64,000 bases of DNA from contig JBGASG010000012.1 of the NCBI GenBank assembly GCA_044229845.1, forward strand, positions 11,648 to 75,647, given 5' to 3'. Each line of letters starts with the position of its first letter. The first letter of the stretch is position 1. The DNA comes from Candidatus Obscuribacteraceae bacterium (lineage in GTDB: Bacteria; Cyanobacteriota; Vampirovibrionia; Obscuribacterales; Obscuribacteraceae). Made by a program: the position numbers and the translations under genes. Below, piece after piece: positions 35,508 to 43,547 of the stretch. Below the pieces are notes generated by a model. It was given only the letters and a program-made list of their open reading frames with translations. It was not told where the DNA came from and made no database searches.

Positions 35508-37031
35508 TCACACGGCGCTGCGCTGAGCGAAGTGCTCGGCAACCGCCACCAGAGTGCGCGTGGCGAACCCGGTGCCACCCTTGGGGCGGACGCCGTCTTC
35601 GGCACCGAGAGATGCAGATCCCGCGATGTCCAGGTGCACCCACGGGGTTTCGCCGACGAACTTGCGGATAAACCAAGCAGCCGTGATCGAGCCGGCACCG
35701 AAGTCGGCGCCGCCGGAGTTCTTCAAGTCAGCCATGGGCGTTTCATTCGCCTTGGCGTACTCGGGGAACATCGGCATCTGCCAGAGGCGCTCGCCAGCGT
35801 TTTTGCCGCAGGCGACCACCAGCTGGGTGAACTCGTCGTGATTGCCGAACGCACCGGCAGCAACGCTGCCCAGCGCGACGACCATCGCACCGGTGAGGGT
35901 AGCGACATCAATGATGCGCGTCACGCCGCAGCGCTTCGCCCACTCGATGGCGTCGACCAGGGTCAGGCGACCCTCGGCGTCGGTGTTGTCGACCTCGATG
36001 GTGAGCCCCCGCAGCGACGTCAGCACATTGCCCGGCAGGTTCATCAGCCCGTTCACCACGTTGTCCGTCGCCGGTAAGAACGCTTTCACGCGCACCGGCA
36101 GCTTGTAGGACACGATGGTGGCAAATGCACCAAGCACTGCCGCGCCGCCTGCCATGTCGCACTTCATCGTCCGCATACCGGCTGCGGGCTTCAGGTCGGC
36201 GCCGCCGGTGTCGAACGTGATGGACTTGCCGACGAAACCGAGCACCTCGTCGTTGACCGGGTTTTCCGGTTCATACGAAAGCTCGATGAACACGGGCTCG
36301 TTAGTGGAGGCGAGCGCCACTGCCATGTAGGCGCCGAACCCTCGTTTCGTCAGCTCGCGCCTGTACATGAGGCGGATTTTGACGCGTCCTTTGCCCGTGG
36401 CCGCGATCTTCTTCGCCACGTTAGCGAGGTACAGCGGGGTGCAGATATTGGCGGGCAGGTTGCACAGGTTGCGGGCGAGATTGGTGTTCTCGGCCAGCGT
36501 CCGTCCATCCACGAGTCCGCGCCGCAGTGCGCGCGCGTCCTTGCTCGCCACCGACACGACGTTGACCTGCTCGAGGTGCACGACCGGCTTGTAGCCGCCC
36601 GCAGCGGTGCGGAAGTGGTTGATCTCGTAGTCGACGAGACCGGCGTACTCCGCAATCGCGCGACCGAACTGGTAGGCGGTGATGCCCAGCCCGTCCAGCG
36701 GCGGCAGCTCGAATGCGATCACCTTGGCGCGCACCCGCTTCGCCTCTTTGAAGGCGGCGGTCAGCGAGTCACGCAGGGTCTCGAGGGTGAAATCGGCTCG
36801 CGAACCCAATCCGAAGCTGACGATGCGAGCAACGCCGCGCTCTGGGTTGGGCACATGGTGGGACGTCTGCCCCACTGAGCCGGTGAACTCGTCGAGGTGC
36901 GCCTTGTGCAGGAGCGTGCCTGTCTGCCCGCGGTTCTCGAGGGAGAAGGCGCCGCTATCGAGTTCGGAAGTGAATACGCCGAGAAGCAGAACGTCGGCAC
37001 CGACGTCCGTCTTCGAGATTTGAAATTTCAT
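35508..37031 (-). CDS. pepA: leucyl aminopeptidase (M17)
   Basis: 507 aa with VGKSITFDTGG, MKCDMAGGAAV and NTDAEGRLTLVDA M17 signatures. Confidence 0.92.
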   Translation of the reverse strand: MKFQISKTDVGADVLLLGVFTSELDSGAFSLENRGQTGTLLHKAHLDEFTGSVGQTSHHVPNPERGVARIVSFGLGSRADFTLETLRDSLTAAFKEAKRVRAKVIAFELPPLDGLGITAYQFGRAIAEYAGLVDYEINHFRTAAGGYKPVVHLEQVNVVSVASKDARALRRGLVDGRTLAENTNLARNLCNLPANICTPLYLANVAKKIAATGKGRVKIRLMYRRELTKRGFGAYMAVALASTNEPVFIELSYEPENPVNDEVLGFVGKSITFDTGGADLKPAAGMRTMKCDMAGGAAVLGAFATIVSYKLPVRVKAFLPATDNVVNGLMNLPGNVLTSLRGLTIEVDNTDAEGRLTLVDAIEWAKRCGVTRIIDVATLTGAMVVALGSVAAGAFGNHDEFTQLVVACGKNAGERLWQMPMFPEYAKANETPMADLKNSGGADFGAGSITAAWFIRKFVGETPWVHLDIAGSASLGAEDGVRPKGGTGFATRTLVAVAEHFAQRSAV

Positions 37032-37157
37032 TGGTGAGGTCTCCTTGTCACCACAGGTGGTGACGCTTAGCGATAGAGCGGCAGCCGGCGAGGTGACGCG
37101 GGCGCAATTGCCTGCGTCGGAGCCTCGCCGTGCTGCTGCACTACCTTCCGGGATGGC

Positions 37158-37826
37158 TCAGGACGCGGGCGTTGCGTCCTGGGTGACCGGCTCTTTCAGA
37201 TGACGGACGCCCTTGGCTTGCAGATCGCGGTTGGCGATGCTGTCGATGCCGTTGGGGCCCTCGATGCGGGTCTGGAAGTAATCTACCTCGATCACGCGGC
37301 CTTTGACGTCCGCAAGACCGAGAACCTGGATGTTGTCGCCGACTTTGACGTTCTGCCAGTACCCCATGCGCCCGTAGGCGATGATGTCGGCGAACGTGTC
37401 CTTGAGCACAACCGCGATGGCGGCGCCGAAAAGACCGATGCCGACGGTCAACTTGCCCATGACGTCGGGAGCGAACAGCGTCAGGACGACGTACAGGGTG
37501 ACCAGCCAGTAGAGCGGCTTGAACACCTTGAACGTGATCTCCTTGCTGCGTGCCTCCATTTTCGACTTGCCGAGCCACTTCTGGAGGTAGTGGCAGGCAG
37601 GGTGATAGAGCACGTAGGCGATGTTGATGGCGACTACCAGGATGATGAAGTTCACGACGTAGGGCGTCAGGCTCGAGGTGAATTGCTCGATGCCGCGACG
37701 CACAGTTTCGCGAACAGTCTCGCCGAGGGTGTTGGTGAAGCCCGCGAGGGCTCCCACTCCCAGCACAAGAAACGAAGGCCAGAGCTTCTTGAGCGTGGCC
37801 TTGATACCGTGATGTTCACATTCCAT
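37158..37826 (-). CDS. short MscS-family mechanosensitive channel protein
   Basis: Track ORF extends to 38006; the likely start is ATG 37826 (MECEHHGIKATLKKLWPSFLVLG). TM helices are followed by the MscS beta-domain pattern VKVGDNIQVLGLADVKGRVIEVDYFQTRIEGPNGIDSIANRDL. The usual C-terminal alpha/beta domain is missing. Confidence 0.7.
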   Translation of the reverse strand: MECEHHGIKATLKKLWPSFLVLGVGALAGFTNTLGETVRETVRRGIEQFTSSLTPYVVNFIILVVAINIAYVLYHPACHYLQKWLGKSKMEARSKEITFKVFKPLYWLVTLYVVLTLFAPDVMGKLTVGIGLFGAAIAVVLKDTFADIIAYGRMGYWQNVKVGDNIQVLGLADVKGRVIEVDYFQTRIEGPNGIDSIANRDLQAKGVRHLKEPVTQDATPAS

Positions 37827-38394
37827 GATGTGTCTCCGGAAGAAACCGGTCAGCATGCACACAGACGGGTGTCTGCGCGCGACCGGGTTGACGTGGTTGA
37901 TAGCGAATCTGCGGGAGAGCAAATCCGCCACGATATAGCGACTGCGAGAACAGCCGCCGACGAGAGTGATGCAACGCCGTTCTGCGGTGTTGCCAGGTGC
38001 GAGCACTGCGTCGCTTTCGCAACGTTGCCAGTGGAAGAAACGCTCAAAGAGCCGCTCTTGTGGAGCGGGGGAGGTTCGTTAGAAAGCTCAGAACTTGTGG
38101 GTTTGGAACTAAGCGGCTGGTACTATCAACCTCAGGGGCTAAAAAGAGAAAAAGTGAGCGGGTTCTGAAACTACTTGGAATTCATTCACGGGCGCAATTT
38201 GTGTTAAAGACTATTTGCGCGAGCCTTCTCGCGCAATCAGGCCGGACGGCAATATTGCAACTCGCACAGATCAGCGAGCGACTTGTTTGTGAGACAGCGA
38301 TAAGCTTGCACCACGAGTGGTGTCATGTGGCGCGAGGCTGCCAACAAGCACCAGTGCGTTCGTGCTGCAATTAGCGCAGCGGCACGAACGCAAA

Positions 38395-38720
38395 ACATCA
38401 GGTGAAACAAGGGAGGGAACGCGAGCGGCAGGCACAGGTCGGGGAACGAGCGCGAGTGGTCAGGGTGGGAACGGAACGTGGTGTGTGTGGAAAAGAATGG
38501 TGGTGGTGGGTCGTTCGTTCTATGTCGGACTGGTGTGGACTGAGGACGGATGGTGCGCGAGCGGGGACAGTCAGTAGAACGGCAGCGGGGAACGCAGACC
38601 TGCGGGGAGCGGATCCATCGAGAGTTAGAGGCCTGAACAGCTAAGGCGAATGTTGCGGGTAAAAAGGTCAACGGAAAAGAGGGGACTAAAAGGAGGAGAA
38701 ACGGTGGGTCGTTGCCTTTG
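38395..38720 (+). other. ORF-poor, strongly purine/G-rich, C-poor tract (candidate structured or protein-binding ncRNA; strand not established)
   Basis: Four GGGAACG heptamers (near 38413, 38442, 38467, 38588) and runs such as GGTGGTGGTGGG and AAAAGGAGGAGAAACGG. It is preceded by two long hairpins (38215..38236 and 38355..38392). The only ORFs here are low-complexity. Confidence 0.3.
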
Positions 38721-38870
38721 CTGCTCAGTTTTGACCGATTTGGTACCTCTTTCTTGAACGCCAGCACTACTGCTTGACATTCTTATTCCCGACTGTCCGA
38801 ATCTCTAATCAGATTTATCACCGAATTACCGCCAAAACCCAAAAAACCTCACGGGGCGGCTCGAACTGGA

Positions 38871-38910
38871 GGCGGTGCACTCCTCGGGTAGGCGGTGCAC
38901 TCCTCGGGTA
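38871..38910. repeat. perfect 20-bp tandem duplication
   Basis: GGCGGTGCACTCCTCGGGTA occurs twice in tandem, followed by a partial third start (GGCGATTCAC). Confidence 0.9.
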
Positions 38911-39055
38911 GGCGATTCACCGTTGGTGCCACCTCGTATCAATGCACCGGCACCATATTTGATGGCAGCAGAAGACTTTCTTAAAATGGGCTCATACGCA
39001 CCAACAAACCTCGACAATTGTTATTGACAACCTCGTCAATTCAAGGATTGCATGC

Positions 39056-39406
39056 ATGGACATCTTCAGAAAAGCAGCGGCAGTAGCGGACTCGATTTTT
39101 GAAACTGTCACCAGCCTCGTGCAGAGAGCAGAAACTCCCGGGAACACCTACAGGTCAGGCGATGCCGTCGGCTCGACCGCTGAAGTTGCGGTGTCGATTC
39201 CGGCGGGCGGCACCGGAGAGGTACTGGTGAAGCTCGGTCGCGGGCTCCATAATTACCCGGCGCGAGCCGTTCGCGATGGAGAAACCTTCAGCCGCGGCAC
39301 GAAAGTGCGCATTGCCGATGTTGGTGGACAGACCATCTTCGTCGAAGCTCTGCAGCCGGAAAGTACGCCCACAGAGGGTCCAAAGGAAGGCGACATTATC
39401 GCTTGA
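39056..39406 (+). CDS. NfeD-like OB-fold domain protein (no TM segment)
   Basis: 116 aa. GSTAEVAVSIPAGGTGEVLVKLGRGLHNYPARAVRDGETFSRGTKVRIADVGGQTIFVE follows the NfeD C-terminal beta-barrel pattern (G.a.t.l.P.G.v...G....a......i..G..V.V..v.G..l.V). Confidence 0.55.
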   Translation: MDIFRKAAAVADSIFETVTSLVQRAETPGNTYRSGDAVGSTAEVAVSIPAGGTGEVLVKLGRGLHNYPARAVRDGETFSRGTKVRIADVGGQTIFVEALQPESTPTEGPKEGDIIA

Positions 39407-39519
39407 GCGACCGCAGCGTTTCTTGCAAGAGTGGCTCAGCAAGCCAGGCTCGGCTGTAGAAACATCCCCCGATAGCAGGCGTCGAAATGCCTGGAACGAG
39501 AGTTCGGGGGACCTGAATT

Positions 39520-39792
39520 ATGAAAGCACAAACGATACTTGCCTCGGCACTGGTCGCAATCGCGGCTTTGGGTTCGGTGTCGGTGGGCTCCGCGCAAGCG
39601 GACAACTGGCGTGACTGGCGAAGACACGAATTCAACCAGCAGCAGAGATACTTCAATCGTTTCGTCCGGAACCAGCGAAGAGACTATCGACAATTCCGCA
39701 ACCACCACAACAACTGGTACGGCAACCATCCGCGCGTCTACGGACAGAATCGCTGGTACGGCTATAACCGCTACTACAACCCGTACTGGTAA
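39520..39792 (+). CDS. small secreted Arg/Asn/Tyr/Trp-rich protein
   Basis: Signal peptide MKAQTILASALVAIAALGSVSVGSAQA. The 63-aa mature part has no Cys (DNWRDWRRHEFNQQQRYFNRFVRNQRRDYRQFRNHHNNWYGNHPRVYGQNRWYGYNRYYNPYW). GGGGGA (SD) lies upstream and a terminator downstream. Confidence 0.7.
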   Translation: MKAQTILASALVAIAALGSVSVGSAQADNWRDWRRHEFNQQQRYFNRFVRNQRRDYRQFRNHHNNWYGNHPRVYGQNRWYGYNRYYNPYW

Positions 39793-39825
39793 ACCGGCGC
39801 TACAGGACAGGCTCGATTGAGACGC

Positions 39826-39858
39826 GGGTGGTGATGCAATGATCACCACCCGTGTTTC
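39826..39858 (+). terminator. hairpin terminator after the small secreted protein gene
   Basis: GGGTGGTGAT-GCAATG-ATCACCACCC forms a 10-bp perfect stem, followed by GTGTTTCC (a weak U tract). Confidence 0.55.
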
Positions 39859-39888
39859 CACGGTGCCGAAATGGAAGGCATCCTCAAG

Positions 39889-40000
39889 AATTGCCAGATT
39901 GGCAATTTTCTGGGTCCTGCGCATGCCAGTTCAGATTAAGCGGGAGGTCTCTTGCCAGATTGGCAATTCTTGACTGCTGGAAATTGCCAGATTGGCAATT
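39889..40000. promoter_or_regulatory. three copies of the palindrome (AA)TTGCCAGATTGGCAA(TT)
   Basis: Copies lie at 39889..39907, 39952..39968 and 39982..40000. The arms AATTGCCA/TGGCAATT flank the centre GAT. Centre-to-centre spacing is 61 and 32 bp. The site lies between convergent genes. Confidence 0.6.
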
Positions 40001-40245
40001 TCTCTCTGGCTTTTTACTAGCTCATATCGTATCTAGAAGAACAAGAAGAGGGCTCGGGGTTCCAGTCAGACCTTGCGGTCATCATGGCGCTCCCCGAGCC
40101 CTTCGCACGCAGCCCTTTTGCACTCTTGCCGGTGCGGAGTCCAGAGGACAGCCGGCATTGACCATGTGATGTGTCAATGCCGGTCCGTCCCGAACCCCAC
40201 ACAAGCAGCCTTGCCTGCGACAGTCGCGTGTCTTGTAGTGATGGA

Positions 40246-41769
40246 TCACTTCGCGATCTCCCCCTTGTGTTGGCGGATCTCGACGTTGGGGCTGTCGGCG
40301 GGGTCGCGCCCGTAGACAGCTTTCAGCTCGGTCATCTGCTCGTTGGTGCACTCGACGATGAACACCGCCGCCCACGGAGCGCGGAACTGCGTCGAAACCG
40401 ACACCAGCTCCATCCCGTAGACCTCGGTCGCGTCATGCACGAACTGACCAGACTGCTTGGTGAGCGAAGCCTTGGACTTCGCGTGCAGGATGACATCGAA
40501 CGCGATCAGGTTGCCGTTGGTCTGTGCACCCTGGGCAGCGCGATTGATGCGCCGCTGGATGGCCTGACCTTCGACCCGATCCTCGTCCTCGTCCTCCACC
40601 TCAGCCGCCAGTCCACGGTTTGCACCGCGGGGGTCAGCAGCGTCGGCGTCGTCGCCGGTTCCGCCCGCCACCTTCTCGCCTTCGGCGATGAAGAAGGACA
40701 GAGCGTCGCCTTCGACGTGCTGCACGATCACCTTGGCGCATCCCGGAATCGCACCAGTCTTCAGCGCCTTGCCGAGCGGGTCGGACAGGTGCATCTGGAT
40801 GGCACGACGGAGGTTGCTGACGTCGCCGCTGTTGGCGAGCGCCTTGCCGAGGATGAACTCCTTCGCGGAAGCCTCGAGTTCGATACCGAAGTACTTGCCC
40901 TTCGGCAGCTTGTCGATGCGCTCCACGACGAAGCGGTCCAGCTCCACATCGAGGATCGAGCGGATCTGGTCTTCGGTCAGCGACCCGAAGATGATGGTGT
41001 CGTCGAGGCGGTTCAGCCACTGGGGCTCATACCGCTCCTTGAGCGCCTCATCCACCGAGTCCTTGATCTCGTCGACCGTCACCGGCTCGTCACGCTTGTC
41101 GGCGCCGGCGTGGAAGCCGATCTTGTGACGCTTCTTCTGCTCGGCCTGCTTCATGCCCAGGTTGGTGGTCATGAACAGGATGACGTTGCGGAAGTCGGCG
41201 ACCTCGTTGTTGCCCATGTCCAGCTCGCCCTTGTCCATGATGGACAGGATGAGGTTGTCCAGGCTCCGGTGCAGTTCGTCCACCTCGTCGAGGAGGGCGA
41301 CCGTTACCGGAATCTTGGTGCCGCGATGGGCGATGATGTTGGCGTTGTTGAGCTTCGCAGCGGTGCTCTTGCCCGGCTTCTTCGCTTCCGCGGGGTCGTC
41401 CCAGCCGTAGTAGCCGGTCGGAGAACCGATGAAACGAGAAGCGTGATGCCGCTCTTTGTAGTTCGAGCAGTTGATCTTCAGGAGTTCCGCACCGACGATC
41501 TCCGCCACCAGTTCGGCGAGACGGGTCTTACCGGTACGGCTCTTGCCGACGAGCAGCACGCACGCGATCGGGCGCGTCATGTCACGAAGCGGGTTCGTGG
41601 CACGGGCGACGATCTCGAGCGCCACGCGCCGAGCTTCCTTCTGACCGACGAAGCGGGTATCGAGGACGATAGCCGCGTTGTCTTCTGCCGGAGTCGTTCC
41701 CGTCACACTGATCGGGACCAACTTCCTTTCCAGGCCCTTATCGGGCTTCTTGATTCGTTTGGTAGTCAT
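40246..41769 (-). CDS. single-ring Clp/Hsp100 D2-type AAA+ ATPase (AAA_2 + ClpB_D2-small) with an unrecognised ~130-aa C-terminal domain
   Basis: ATG 41769 follows GAAGGAAGGTTACAGTC (SD). FVGQKEARRVALEIV...VLLVGKSRTGKTRLAELVAE carries Walker A. Other landmarks are RFIGSPTGYYGWD, VALLDEVDELH (Walker B), NVILFMTTNLG and EPQWLNRLDDTIIFGSLTEDQIRSIL (D2-small). An acidic linker and a unique C-terminus follow. Confidence 0.8.
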   Translation of the reverse strand: MTTKRIKKPDKGLERKLVPISVTGTTPAEDNAAIVLDTRFVGQKEARRVALEIVARATNPLRDMTRPIACVLLVGKSRTGKTRLAELVAEIVGAELLKINCSNYKERHHASRFIGSPTGYYGWDDPAEAKKPGKSTAAKLNNANIIAHRGTKIPVTVALLDEVDELHRSLDNLILSIMDKGELDMGNNEVADFRNVILFMTTNLGMKQAEQKKRHKIGFHAGADKRDEPVTVDEIKDSVDEALKERYEPQWLNRLDDTIIFGSLTEDQIRSILDVELDRFVVERIDKLPKGKYFGIELEASAKEFILGKALANSGDVSNLRRAIQMHLSDPLGKALKTGAIPGCAKVIVQHVEGDALSFFIAEGEKVAGGTGDDADAADPRGANRGLAAEVEDEDEDRVEGQAIQRRINRAAQGAQTNGNLIAFDVILHAKSKASLTKQSGQFVHDATEVYGMELVSVSTQFRAPWAAVFIVECTNEQMTELKAVYGRDPADSPNVEIRQHKGEIAK

Positions 41770-42010
41770 GACTGTAACCTTCCTTCTGCGCATTAGCGCG
41801 CTGATAGATGACTACAGCGGCGCGTGAGCGTCGCTGCAGATGTCGTGCCGTGGTGGCGGCAGACGTGATTTGCACGGTTTGTTCCGCCACCAGCGGAACG
41901 TCTTCTGGCACGGCGACTACTGATCGCCATGTGTTGCTATGCGCGTCGTTTTTGACACGACACGTCGCAGCCGCTTGCTAGCCGGCTGCTCTTCAGTTTG
42001 TAACCGCGTG

Positions 42011-42700
42011 CTAGGCGGCTACTGTTTCGTGTTCAGCTCGCGCGGCGATCAGCATGTCGAGGTACGACTGCTTCACGTCTTCGCGAGCCTCGCCGAAGAT
42101 CTTCTCTGCCACTTCGTATATGGCAGACTTGGCTGCTTTCAGATTGGATTCCCTGTCAGCGTGCGGAACCATGATCTCGATCTCGACGTAATGTCCTGAG
42201 AAACGTCCCAGCCCGACCACCTGGTCGATGCCGACGACTACCTCGCCCGGACCATACGCGCCGCGATAGAGCGAGCGTTCCTTGCTGAAACCGAGGAGTG
42301 GTCCACCCTGGACCAACCTGCCGAGAACGATGAGCAACGAGGCAATCAGCGGACGCGTGGGATGCTCCGCTTCTTGTCGCTCCTTGCCACCATCCGGAGT
42401 GGCGACCCATGTCTTGTAGGTGAGCAGCACGTCCTTGTGACCATTCAAGGTCTCGCGACGAACGCGCATCATCTCGCCTTTGACAGGACTGGGCAGAAAC
42501 GTGTCCGCCAGAGTCGCATCACCGAAGTGCTCGAACAGGAGTGCGCTCAAACGCGTCCTGATGGCGGCGACTTCGGCTTCTGCGATGCGGAACTTGCGTT
42601 CGACCTCAAGGTGAGTATCCTCGGGCGCGAACCGCATCAGAGATTGGAAGAAACCGCGCAATGCCTTTTGCATCAGGTTGCGCGCGAGCTGGGTGAACAT
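42011..42700 (-). CDS. CYTH domain protein (CyaB class IV adenylate cyclase / triphosphatase superfamily)
   Basis: GAAGGAGAA (SD) lies upstream of ATG 42700. LEVERKFRI is the ExExK signature. MMRVRRE, LLTYKTW, FSKERSLYRG, VGIDQVVGLGRFSGHYVEIEI follow the CYTH beta-barrel pattern. There is a ~30-aa N-terminal amphipathic extension. Confidence 0.75.
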   Translation of the reverse strand: MFTQLARNLMQKALRGFFQSLMRFAPEDTHLEVERKFRIAEAEVAAIRTRLSALLFEHFGDATLADTFLPSPVKGEMMRVRRETLNGHKDVLLTYKTWVATPDGGKERQEAEHPTRPLIASLLIVLGRLVQGGPLLGFSKERSLYRGAYGPGEVVVGIDQVVGLGRFSGHYVEIEIMVPHADRESNLKAAKSAIYEVAEKIFGEAREDVKQSYLDMLIAARAEHETVAA

Positions 42701-43547
42701 GCTTTTTGTTCTCCTTCAGGAAACAGGAGCACCCAAGTATGCCCCATACGAAAACGAACCGTTCGAGACAGTCAAAAGCGCCTGCACATTTCTCCCAACT
42801 TGCGATACCGCATGACAACTAGCCGTGGAGAAACGTTGGTTTCTACAGCCTGAGGTCAAACAGGTGCGCGGAAGCGGAAGAACGGATAGGGTGAACGGTT
42901 GGTGTTCTGGTGGCTTGGGATTCCTAACGAAGCTTGATGAAAAGCTAAAGACAATATGAACCTACCTTTTACGTCTCTTGAAAAGCCAGATCCAGATCGT
43001 GCCCGTGCCTGACATCGCGAATTCTGTCTTTTCAGCTCATTCCAGGTGCTTCTCACATAGTCGATCTTGCGCAAGCTCATTGAAACCCGCATGGAATGAG
43101 GGGATTTTTGGGGCGTCGCAGAGAGACATCGACACTAGTCGAAGAACCAGTGCCCATCAAACATTCGGCTCGCTGACGGAAATGACCAATGGCGGGGTTA
43201 GCGCAGGCCTTTATTTCGCGAGTTTCTATTTGTTATGAAAGAGGCACCTTTTCTTGACCCACCCAAAAAAACAAGTCGTTCCTCCGAACAACAATTCTCT
43301 CTTAGTCTGTCTGCGGCTTTGAACCTGCAACTGCGCACAATGACGTGTGTGGATGTGGACCATCTCTCTAACAGGACGTAGCTAAGCTGCGCTCTCTGTG
43401 GCCTCAGGCAATCGATAAACCAACTTGAGCTGGCGTCTCGCACATATCACCAGCTCACACTTGGCGGCAGTGCATCTCAGCAGGGCTTTCTGACTGCTGT
43501 GACACACACATTGCTGCCTCAACTCTCGCCAGAGAAGGCGTCGTGTC

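Noticed and set aside
37200-38168. 322-aa plus-strand ORF
   Set aside because: It is antisense to the MscS-family gene. It has typical high-GC shadow-ORF composition (many D, V, G, R) and no SD or motif.
38237-38767. 176-aa minus-strand ORF spanning the G-rich tract
   Set aside because: The translation is Pro/Ser/Arg/Phe low-complexity (DPPPPFFSTHTTFRSHPDHSRSFPDLCLPLAFPPLF) and simply mirrors the C-rich complement of a purine-rich strand. There is no SD and no motif. I treat it as non-coding.
39961-39976. Sigma-54 promoter (TGGCA-N-TTGC) within the palindrome region
   Set aside because: TGGCAATTCTTGACT has TTGA rather than TTGC at the -12 position. It is also part of a repeated palindrome and faces no downstream gene.
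40171-41796. 541-aa plus-strand ORF
   Set aside because: It is an antisense shadow of the Clp-like ATPase gene in GC-rich DNA. The translation is Arg/Leu/Val/Asp-rich with no motifs, whereas the minus-strand frame has unmistakable AAA+ motifs and an SD.
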